Virus record (IMG/VR): IMGVR_UViG_3300025880_000014
Location: 2,458-66,457 of that record
Origin: a virus
DNA: 64,000 nucleotides
Direction: 5' to 3' (one strand)
The position numbers and the translations under genes are program-made. This document shows, piece by piece, positions 39,031 to 46,900 of this stretch; the stretch's first letter is position 1; each line of letters starts with the position of its first letter. The notes beneath the pieces were generated by a model, which was not told where the DNA came from, did no database searches, and saw only the letters and a program-made list of their open reading frames with translations.

Positions 39031-39194
39031 TACTTGGATTCTTTAAGAGGGTTTGGCTTTTGATTTTTTGTAGCTTTTTTAGCTTCTTTAATTTCATTTC
39101 TTTTTAAATTAACTTCTCTCTTTTCAGAGTTTTCCATTAATTTAGCGATCTTTTCTAAAGCTATTGCTATTCTTTCTACTTGCTGTTCAGTCAT
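39030..39194 (-). CDS. Small basic protein missing from the ORF track (54 aa, MTEQQVERIAIALEKIAKLM...KESK)
   Basis: Translated by hand; its TAA overlaps the dnaJ ATG (TAATG). Confidence 0.65.
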   Translation of the reverse strand: MTEQQVERIAIALEKIAKLMENSEKREVNLKRNEIKEAKKATKNQKPNPLKESK

Positions 39195-39209
39195 AGTGTA
39201 TTATATATC

Positions 39210-39470
39210 TTACTTAAATAATTCAATCTCTCTTTTAAGATTTGCACACTTTTCATACTCTTCAATCTCTTCAAAGTAAAACATGGTCTCTTCTATAATG
39301 TGCCTGATCATATCAGGATCCCGTGTTTTATCCTTATCGATTCCATGTTTAACTATAGCTTCATAGTTTGCACGTGCAAGGCGGTCCTTGAGGTTATCCA
39401 GATGCTCTTGATCCTGGATTTCAATTCCACCTTCTTCGTTAAATTCCGGTTCAAATTCAAAATTATCCAT
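39210..39470 (-). CDS. Small acidic protein with a C-terminal UVR-like motif (YFEEIEEYEKC)
   Basis: First gene after class 1 promoter copy 3. Confidence 0.55.
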   Translation of the reverse strand: MDNFEFEPEFNEEGGIEIQDQEHLDNLKDRLARANYEAIVKHGIDKDKTRDPDMIRHIIEETMFYFEEIEEYEKCANLKREIELFK

Positions 39471-39493
39471 AGTGTTTGTTTATTTGTTATAAG

Positions 39494-39525
39494 TAAATAT
39501 AAACCTTTTATTTGATATAAAAAAA
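39494..39525 (-). promoter_or_regulatory. Putative early promoter, class 1 (copy 3)
   Basis: TTTTTTTATATCA-AATAAAAGGT-TTATATTTA. Confidence 0.7.
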
Positions 39526-39552
39526 TCCTGGTGAAAAAACTTTCAATTATTT

Positions 39553-40275
39553 TTAAATAATTGGCATGCTAGATATTTTCAATAAGATATTCATAGTTGC
39601 AAGAACATCTTTTTCACAGTAGTCTTTAATTCTTTCCAATCCTCCTTGCCAATATACTCTATTAACGTCTGATCCTGAGATATCATCTTTAGGCGTTGGG
39701 ATTCCAAGAACATTACATAAAATTCCAAGAGATGCTCCATTATATCCTCCAAATTTCCAAACCTCTAAAGTATCTAATAGGCAGTTTTCCCACGGCTTTT
39801 GTTTGTGTAGGTGTAATTTAGTCGTAGGCATAATTCCGTTTATCAAACACCTTTTAATAATCCAAGGAGCATCGAACTTTTTAATGTTATGCCCTGTTAG
39901 TTTTACGTTTTGATTTTTGTTAAAGACTGCAATTAAAATTTGGTTAAATTCAGATAGTAATGTATGTTCATCATCTCCATAAAAAGATTTAATCTTAGAT
40001 TGTATTGGCATTCCAATTTCGTCAAACTGAATTTGACCAATTGATATTGTAACTATCTTTCCGAATTCTGGATGTAGTGATGCGTTTGACTGATAAAAAT
40101 CTTCATCGCTCAAATCAGCTTTTTCTTTTTCATATGATTTAATCTGTTCTGCCTTTTGGAGCCATAAATCATATAGACCTTTACCAAACTTTTTTAAATC
40201 TTCTAATGTTTCGTATTGAGCAGTTGTCTCAATATCTAAGAATAACATTTCTTTTAACTCAGATTGACTATACAT
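39553..40275 (-). CDS. Stand-alone DEDDy 3'-5' exonuclease (PolB exonuclease-like)
   Basis: LFLDIET, GHNIKKFD, YCEKDV. Confidence 0.85.
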   Translation of the reverse strand: MYSQSELKEMLFLDIETTAQYETLEDLKKFGKGLYDLWLQKAEQIKSYEKEKADLSDEDFYQSNASLHPEFGKIVTISIGQIQFDEIGMPIQSKIKSFYGDDEHTLLSEFNQILIAVFNKNQNVKLTGHNIKKFDAPWIIKRCLINGIMPTTKLHLHKQKPWENCLLDTLEVWKFGGYNGASLGILCNVLGIPTPKDDISGSDVNRVYWQGGLERIKDYCEKDVLATMNILLKISSMPII

Positions 40276-40504
40276 TTCTTATTAATTCGTTACGGGTTAA
40301 TGCTATTTGTCGAATGCTTACAGGATATTTGGTGCCATCTGTTGTAATAAATGAACAGAATTTTTCACCATAGTGTTTTGATAGACTTTTAGATTCTGCG
40401 TAGAATGTTCCGTGTAAAACAGAACCTGCAAAACTAAAGTAGTATTTCTCTCCTATTTTAGGAGATTTTACTGTAATGCTTCTTTGTATTTTTTTCTTTG
40501 CCAT
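40268..40504 (-). CDS. Hypothetical protein (78 aa)
   Basis: ORF track; class 2 promoter upstream. Confidence 0.6.
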   Translation of the reverse strand: MAKKKIQRSITVKSPKIGEKYYFSFAGSVLHGTFYAESKSLSKHYGEKFCSFITTDGTKYPVSIRQIALTRNELIRNV

Positions 40505-40510
40505 ATACTT

Positions 40511-40539
40511 ATTATATATGGAAATCTAAAAAAGTTTAT
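40511..40539 (-). promoter_or_regulatory. Putative class 2 promoter ATAAAC-N17-TATAAT
   Basis: Exact 17-nt spacer. Confidence 0.55.
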
Positions 40540-40769
40540 AGTTCCATCCAACTAGAATGTTCCCTAACCTCCCTAATCATTGTATATACCTCATAGTTGA
40601 CGTTTATCTCTAGGAACCCTCCAGAAATAGTTTCTGGAAGGTCTTTAGGATTAATCCAATATTCCGGTAGCTTATCTGTTCTCTTATTAATAAAATCAAA
40701 TAGAGCATCTACCTCCATATGGTGGACGTATAATGTGATATGCATGCAGTTCATGTTTGGATATGCCAT
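40536..40769 (-). CDS. Hypothetical protein (77 aa)
   Basis: ORF track. Confidence 0.55.
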   Translation of the reverse strand: MAYPNMNCMHITLYVHHMEVDALFDFINKRTDKLPEYWINPKDLPETISGGFLEINVNYEVYTMIREVREHSSWMEL

Positions 40770-40776
40770 AGCTTAA

Positions 40777-41370
40777 TTATTTGTAATGTCCTCCTCCTAG
40801 CCATAAGACAAAAGATTTTCTAGTACCTTTAGTTACGGGTTTAACTGAGTGTAACATATAACTTGGAAATAAGACTACATTTCCTTTTCCTCGAGGAGCG
40901 GTCAATACATTTGTATCTAGAGATTCTCCACCTAGCCAAAAGCATAAATCTCCACCTTCGTATTCATTACTATCAGACAATTGAACAGTAATAGATACCT
41001 TTCTAATAGATAAATTCTTATCTCCAACGTCTTGGTGCCAATCATATTTACCAAACTCAGACGCTTCATATTCAGTATATTGAATTAGCTCAGGAGCAGT
41101 ATGTAAATCGAAATTCCATAGGGTTTGATTTGCTTCAGTTGCCATGGCAATTAATTTTTCATAAAGCCATGCCCATTCTTCGCTCTGTGGAATCCATTTA
41201 ATATTAGATTTTCTGTCTTCTGTTTCTCCACCTTGAGTTTCTGCTCGAACGTATTCAATATTAGCAACCCCTTGCTCAATACTTCTTAATTCTTCAGCTG
41301 AAAATCCTTGATCAAACCAGTAATACTGTTGAGCTTCGTTTTGTTTTGGTTCAAATGTAAAATTATTCAT
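40777..41370 (-). CDS. 2OG-Fe(II) dioxygenase (prolyl hydroxylase / PKHD-like)
   Basis: YDWHQD...RKVSITVQLS...YEGGDL...LFPSYMLHSVKPVTKGTRKS, giving HxD...H...R. Confidence 0.9.
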   Translation of the reverse strand: MNNFTFEPKQNEAQQYYWFDQGFSAEELRSIEQGVANIEYVRAETQGGETEDRKSNIKWIPQSEEWAWLYEKLIAMATEANQTLWNFDLHTAPELIQYTEYEASEFGKYDWHQDVGDKNLSIRKVSITVQLSDSNEYEGGDLCFWLGGESLDTNVLTAPRGKGNVVLFPSYMLHSVKPVTKGTRKSFVLWLGGGHYK

Positions 41371-43216
41371 CTTCTCTATATGTTATATTTACTGCACCTT
41401 CTTCTTCACCAAATCTAGATCTTGCGTTAATAGGCCATTGTGGATCCTCTTCATATGCCCAATCATGCTGACCTAATTCTTCAAATCTTTCTTTAATTCT
41501 TTCATTATATCTTGAAGCGATTGTACGTGTTCTTCTTTGTATATCTGCTCTAGATAGATCATGTGTATTTCTATGACCTTGATTACTATATAAAAATTGA
41601 ATATAGCTTAACTTAGGTATCTTACACATGATAGTGTTTAAGAATGTTCTAATAATTAATTCGTAATCATCAACAACTGTTAAACTTCTATTATGTCCTC
41701 CGATTGCAAAGTATGTAGATCTTCTCCACGCTCTAATGTGATTAGGAACTCCAACAATGTGTCTAATTGTTTTTGGATTAATATTCTGTTGATTTGCAGG
41801 ACTTAGCATTCTACCTTGATATTCTTCTTCTCTATAATTACCATATCCTAATGCAAAACCAGGACCGTATTTTTGATTTTCCCATTGTTCATTTACTTCT
41901 GCAGTATCACCGTAAAAGAATCCGCATTCAGGGTGTTTTTGTGCGGCGTTATGTAAATCCTGTGCGCATGTTACTGCGAGTAAATCATCGTGATCTAGTT
42001 CTGCGATAATATATCCTCTAGCCATTGCGTTTGCTCTCCACTTGACCTCTCCGATAATCCCACCTGATTTTTCTCTAAAATCGTATAGCTTAACTCTAGG
42101 GTCATTTGCTGCAATCTGCTCGGCAATCTTAAGTGTTTTACCACCATCAGTTGAATCGTTCATTAATACCCATTCCCAGTTGTCATACGTTTGAGCAGCG
42201 ACTGAGTTATATGTGTTTATTAACTTTTCACCTGTGTTATATATTGGAGTTGTAAAAGATATCATGCTATGATCGTCCATATTTGTCGGATCTAACATTG
42301 CATTTTCAGAAACATTATACGCAATATCTCCTACATTTTTTAAATCATTATCATTATCTATATTGATCCATTTTCTCCTAAATTGAAGAGGTAGTTTTGA
42401 TAGATATCTAAAATCAGAAGAACTCTTTCCTCGAGTTACTATTGCATCTGGTTTAAAACTGGATATTTTTTTTCTAATATCAGTATCATCCTTTGCATAT
42501 TTAACCTCTAAGTTGTCATCCTCGTAATCAAGTATTTTAGTAGTTTTCATTACTGGTTCTCCAGGTCCTATATATAAAATCCTAGGTAGTTTAGGTGTTG
42601 ACACTTTTTCTAATTCATTGTAATATGAAAGAATTTCATTAATCCAAACGAATGTATCTGGGTGGTTCTTATATACTTCTTCGATAAAGTAACCATCTGC
42701 TGCATAATCTGCTGTGAAACCATATTTTTCAAAAAGCTCTGATCTAAATAATATTTGAGCTATGTCTGTTTTTCTGAAACCAGTAGATTCTGGAGTAGAT
42801 TCTCTGTATTTTAATCCGGTAAAATCTTTACCATCAACTGCTTGTCCAACCATTATGATTTTCTTTTCAGAATTTACAGGTAGCATTACGAAATCCTCGA
42901 CTCTTTGATAAAATTCAGGATGCATTATATTGTCGTCATCTAATAAATAAAACCACGAATGATCTAAGCTCCTTATTAGACTGGTTGTTTCAGGGTACAT
43001 CATCCCGCCATGTTGTCCTTTAATAAAATGTATTGTTGTATTTGACTGATCTAAAATAGATAATAGATTCGCATCAATATCCTTCAGAGCACCTGTGTCA
43101 AACATAATGTGCCAATGTACCTCTACTCCTCTTGTTTTAGAAGTATCGAATACAGTTGGTTGTATTTTTAATAAATTAGATGTTCTAGTACATCTTGTGA
43201 TTACGTTAATTTTCAT
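41363..43216 (-). CDS. Tandem GT-A (GT2-like) glycosyltransferase, two catalytic domains
   Basis: N-domain FYLLDDDN and ADYAADG; C-domain SFTTPIYNT, WEWVLMNDST, ELDHDD, VVDDYEL. Confidence 0.85.
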   Translation of the reverse strand: MKINVITRCTRTSNLLKIQPTVFDTSKTRGVEVHWHIMFDTGALKDIDANLLSILDQSNTTIHFIKGQHGGMMYPETTSLIRSLDHSWFYLLDDDNIMHPEFYQRVEDFVMLPVNSEKKIIMVGQAVDGKDFTGLKYRESTPESTGFRKTDIAQILFRSELFEKYGFTADYAADGYFIEEVYKNHPDTFVWINEILSYYNELEKVSTPKLPRILYIGPGEPVMKTTKILDYEDDNLEVKYAKDDTDIRKKISSFKPDAIVTRGKSSSDFRYLSKLPLQFRRKWINIDNDNDLKNVGDIAYNVSENAMLDPTNMDDHSMISFTTPIYNTGEKLINTYNSVAAQTYDNWEWVLMNDSTDGGKTLKIAEQIAANDPRVKLYDFREKSGGIIGEVKWRANAMARGYIIAELDHDDLLAVTCAQDLHNAAQKHPECGFFYGDTAEVNEQWENQKYGPGFALGYGNYREEEYQGRMLSPANQQNINPKTIRHIVGVPNHIRAWRRSTYFAIGGHNRSLTVVDDYELIIRTFLNTIMCKIPKLSYIQFLYSNQGHRNTHDLSRADIQRRTRTIASRYNERIKERFEELGQHDWAYEEDPQWPINARSRFGEEEGAVNITYREDE

Positions 43217-43227
43217 TTAATGTGGTT

Positions 43228-44160
43228 TTATTGTTCAATGTCAAAAAAGAACATGTGGAAAAATCTTGCATTATCAATTGCATCTCCAAAGTATTCAGTT
43301 GCTGCGTGTAATTGCGATGAGTTAAATATTACTAGTCTATTATATACGTTTCCAATATCATCAATCTTTTCAAATTGAGTTCCATCGTAGAAGTTCATTT
43401 CTTTATTAGTACCTCTGAATGTATCTACGTATTCATCTCCCATTCTAGATTCTTGACCCGGAAACGATGAAATTCCTGTAACTTTACTTCGATACATTGC
43501 AGTTCCTGTTTGTGGAGGTGCGTCTGGGGTTAAGTAAACCATTGCAGCATACATTTGACTATCTACATGGTATACTATAGGTTGATCTGCTGTACAGAAT
43601 TGAAATACACCATTAGCGTATCCACCATTGTTCCAGTTTGTTATTTTTCTACCTAATACTTCTTCAAGTTTTTCCTTAGTGCCATCTATAATATATCTAG
43701 ATTGAGATCTTTGTCCTTTGTGATATTTAGACGGTAAAAACTCTAAATTATTCATAGCATATTCTCTGACTAAATCAGGATCTGCATAGAAATTATCAAC
43801 AACAATAACGTCTTTATCTGTTTTATTAAATCCAGATGAAGAAGCTGGCCATTTTGCTAAAGAAATAAGTTCAACTGGCGCTGCATTATTTAAACTAATC
43901 CATAGTTTTTTCGTAATATCTTCGTGTAGAATCATTATATTAAATCCTACATTTTCCGGAATTGTTCCTTTATAAAAAGAAAAAACATCTGGCCTTTTTT
44001 CCCATTCAATATTCAAGGATTTTCCATCTAATAGAACGTCAGTTACTATAGTATCTTTAGTTATTGAACCTACCCATCCTCTTGCGTACCAATATCCATC
44101 GGTGCCTTTTTTAATAGAATCAATGTTTAATTTTACATTGTTTAAATTAGTTTCGTGCAT
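43228..44160 (-). CDS. 2OG-Fe(II) dioxygenase-like protein (DUF6445-like) with an extra N-terminal domain
   Basis: VVDNFYADPD.VRE, YHVD...AAMVYLTP...GT, YNRLVIF...LHA, R.FHMFF. Confidence 0.75.
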   Translation of the reverse strand: MHETNLNNVKLNIDSIKKGTDGYWYARGWVGSITKDTIVTDVLLDGKSLNIEWEKRPDVFSFYKGTIPENVGFNIMILHEDITKKLWISLNNAAPVELISLAKWPASSSGFNKTDKDVIVVDNFYADPDLVREYAMNNLEFLPSKYHKGQRSQSRYIIDGTKEKLEEVLGRKITNWNNGGYANGVFQFCTADQPIVYHVDSQMYAAMVYLTPDAPPQTGTAMYRSKVTGISSFPGQESRMGDEYVDTFRGTNKEMNFYDGTQFEKIDDIGNVYNRLVIFNSSQLHAATEYFGDAIDNARFFHMFFFDIEQ

Positions 44161-44177
44161 TACTTTAAATTTTAATA

Positions 44178-44206
44178 ATTATACATTAAATGTTTGATTT
44201 GTTTAT
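44178..44206 (-). promoter_or_regulatory. Putative class 2 promoter ATAAAC-N17-TATAAT (overlapping an ATATATA late-type motif)
   Basis: 18 nt upstream of the oxygenase ATG, just after the terminator. Confidence 0.6.
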
Positions 44207-44213
44207 ATATTAC

Positions 44214-44244
44214 AAAAAAAAGGATCCCAATGGGATCCTTTTTT
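44214..44244. terminator. Bidirectional intrinsic terminator A8-GGATCCC-AAT-GGGATCC-T6
   Basis: Perfect stem flanked by A and T tracts, after collagen A. Confidence 0.85.
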
Positions 44245-44265
44245 AATATTAAGTATGTGAGTTGA

Positions 44266-46860
44266 TTATATTTGCCCTTTGAGGCCTCCACCAGCGCCTC
44301 CGGTTTGCGTAACTAATCCATTAACGAATGTGACATTGTGTCCCGTACTAAAGTAAATGGTTTCACTAATCCCACTAGTTGGTCCGTTAGTTCCTTGAGA
44401 TCCTCGAGGACCCTTTACTCCCGCAGGACCAAGTTGGCCCGTATTTCCAGTAAATCCTTTATAACCTTGTGCTCCATTGGTACCTTTAGCTCCTGGAGCT
44501 CCTTTAGCTCCTTGAGAACCATTATTACCCTTAAGACCCTGTGGCCCTCTTGGTCCGGTGCTACCATTTAGTCCTTTATAACCTGTTGGTCCTACTAGCC
44601 GTGCTCCTTGTGGTCCTCTATATCCAACTCCTAGACTACTACCAGTAGTTCCTTGGAATCCTCGAACTGTTCCAGTTGGTCCTTTATAGCCGGTAAGTCC
44701 TTTAAATCCTGTATAGCCTGTAATAGTAGATCCAGTGGTTCCTTTTAAACCCTGTGGCCCGACATATCCTTGAACTCCTTTTGGACTTGCTCCAGTATTA
44801 CCTTGTGCTCCTTGAGGTCCAGTATATCCTTTTGCTCCTCCTGGTTGTGATCCTTTAAGACCTTGATCTCCCTGAACACCAATAAATCCAATATACCCCT
44901 TAGGCATTGCTCCTTTAGCACCCTGATTTCCTTGGGCTCCTTGTGGTCCTCTATGTCCAGTTGGAGAATCTCCAATCGGTCCGGTGTTACCATTTAGTCC
45001 TTTATAACCTGTAACTCCTTTATATGAGGTTGGACGTACACCTTGAGTTCCCTGTGGTCCTCTTGGTCCAGTGCTTCCGGTTGGTTGTGCTCCTTTATCT
45101 CCTTGAGTACCTTGTGCTCCTTGTGGTCCTCTTGATCCTCCGGGCTGTGCTCCTTTATTTCCTTGGAATCCTCTTGGTCCTGTTACTCCAATAAATCCTT
45201 TTGGCTGAGCTCCTGTATATCCTTGAACTCCTTGAGCTCCTTGAACTCCTCTAAATCCTGTTGGATTTGCTCCTTGGAAACCTCTTTCTCCATTAATTCC
45301 TGTGTAACCGGTTGCTCCTGTTGGTGAAGATCCTTGAACTCCTCTATAACCAGTTGCTCCAATAAATCCAATATACCCCTTTGGCATTGCTCCTTTTAAT
45401 CCTTGGAAACCTCTTGGTCCTGTTGGTCCAGTTGGCGAAGTTGGTCTAGCTCCTTGGAAACCTCTTGGTCCCGTATTTCCAGGATCACCGATAATTGCGT
45501 CATATGCAGGTCCTGTTGGTCCTGTATATCCTGTTGGTCCGTTTGGTCCTATGTGTCCTTTTGGACTTGCTCCGATATTACCCTGTGCTCCTTGAGATCC
45601 TTTAAGACCAGTATATCCCTTTGGACTTGGTCCTGTATATCCTGTTGGTCCGTTTACTCCTTTATCTCCTTGGAATCCTCTATTAGTACTTCCTTGAGAT
45701 CCTCTAATACCCTGTACTCCTTGAAACCCTCTTGGTCCTGTTGGTGAATTACCAATAGCTCCTTGAAAACCTCTTGGTCCAGGATCTCCTGTTTGAGCAG
45801 CTGGCGTACTTCCAGTATTTCCTTGAAAACCTCTTTCTCCGTTTAATCCTTTGTCTCCAACTGGATTTGCTCCTTGTGCTCCTTTAAAACCAGGATAACC
45901 TTCAGCTCCTTGAAAACCTTTTGGACTATTTCCAACGTCTCCTTGAAAACCTCTATCTCCGTTTAATCCTTTGTCTCCAACTGGATTTGCTCCTTGTGCT
46001 CCTTTAAAACCAGGATGACCTTCAGCTCCTTGGAAACCTTTTGGTGAATCACCAACATTTCCTTGAAAACCTCTGTCTCCAGTTTGTCCTACTTGTGCAG
46101 TTTGAGTTGAACCCTGTGCTCCTTTTAGTCCGGTAGCACCCTGTGAACCTTTATGTCCTTTTTGATTTGTACCTGCAGAACCTTGAAATCCTACATGTCC
46201 AACAAAACCAGTTGCTCCACCTGGATTTAAACCCGTAGTACCTTGATCTCCTTGAAAACCTCTGAAACCAGTTGCTCCTGTTAATTGATCTCCCTGAAAC
46301 CCTCTTGGTCCATCAGGTCCAATATCACCAACGTAAGCTGTAATTACATTACCCTGTGATCCAGTTGAACCTTGATCTCCTTTTATTCCTTTAAGACCAT
46401 TAGTTATTTTACCTGCATCTCCATCTGTTCCTTGATTTCCTCTAAAACCTTCTGGTCCTTCTGGTGAATCTCCAATTGTTCCTTGGAATCCTCTAAAACC
46501 TTGATCAGCAGTACCTTTATTTCCTTGAAAACCTCGATCTCCTTGAAAACCTATATTACCTTCATAACCTTGATGTCCTTGTGGACTGTCTCCTTGAAAA
46601 CCTCTGAAACCAGTATCTCCAACAGGTTCTAAACCTGCAGATCCTTGAACTCCTTTATCTCCTTGAAAACCTCTATCTCCTTGAAAACCTTGAGCTCCAA
46701 CAATACCTTGAAAACCTTGATCTCCTTGAAAACCTTGAGCTCCAACAATACCTTGGTCTCCCTGGTCTCCTTTCAATTCAGGATAGTTATTAGCATCAAA
46801 GTTACCAGTATGTAAGGGAGTTTCTCCCCCTACAAGTGATCCTGTATTTAATTTTGCCAT
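44266..46860 (-). CDS. Collagen-like fibre protein, chain A (864 aa), with periodic interruptions
   Basis: Gly-X-Y from aa 31 to about 828, with 34 one-residue-short interruptions. Confidence 0.9.
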   Translation of the reverse strand: MAKLNTGSLVGGETPLHTGNFDANNYPELKGDQGDQGIVGAQGFQGDQGFQGIVGAQGFQGDRGFQGDKGVQGSAGLEPVGDTGFRGFQGDSPQGHQGYEGNIGFQGDRGFQGNKGTADQGFRGFQGTIGDSPEGPEGFRGNQGTDGDAGKITNGLKGIKGDQGSTGSQGNVITAYVGDIGPDGPRGFQGDQLTGATGFRGFQGDQGTTGLNPGGATGFVGHVGFQGSAGTNQKGHKGSQGATGLKGAQGSTQTAQVGQTGDRGFQGNVGDSPKGFQGAEGHPGFKGAQGANPVGDKGLNGDRGFQGDVGNSPKGFQGAEGYPGFKGAQGANPVGDKGLNGERGFQGNTGSTPAAQTGDPGPRGFQGAIGNSPTGPRGFQGVQGIRGSQGSTNRGFQGDKGVNGPTGYTGPSPKGYTGLKGSQGAQGNIGASPKGHIGPNGPTGYTGPTGPAYDAIIGDPGNTGPRGFQGARPTSPTGPTGPRGFQGLKGAMPKGYIGFIGATGYRGVQGSSPTGATGYTGINGERGFQGANPTGFRGVQGAQGVQGYTGAQPKGFIGVTGPRGFQGNKGAQPGGSRGPQGAQGTQGDKGAQPTGSTGPRGPQGTQGVRPTSYKGVTGYKGLNGNTGPIGDSPTGHRGPQGAQGNQGAKGAMPKGYIGFIGVQGDQGLKGSQPGGAKGYTGPQGAQGNTGASPKGVQGYVGPQGLKGTTGSTITGYTGFKGLTGYKGPTGTVRGFQGTTGSSLGVGYRGPQGARLVGPTGYKGLNGSTGPRGPQGLKGNNGSQGAKGAPGAKGTNGAQGYKGFTGNTGQLGPAGVKGPRGSQGTNGPTSGISETIYFSTGHNVTFVNGLVTQTGGAGGGLKGQI
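45841..46080. repeat. 120-bp tandem duplication in collagen A (40 aa = 14 triplet equivalents)
   Basis: 45841-45960 vs 45961-46080: 110/120 identical by manual comparison. Confidence 0.9.
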
Positions 46861-46900
46861 GTTATTTTTATTCTTTTTTTATATATAATTAACTTATTGG

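Noticed and set aside
40777-41370. Animal-type prolyl-4-hydroxylation of Gly-X-Pro as the oxygenase's main role
   Set aside because: Y-position Pro is rare in A-C and absent in D, so classical Hyp stabilisation fits poorly; Lys, Thr or X-Pro targets are kept as hypotheses.
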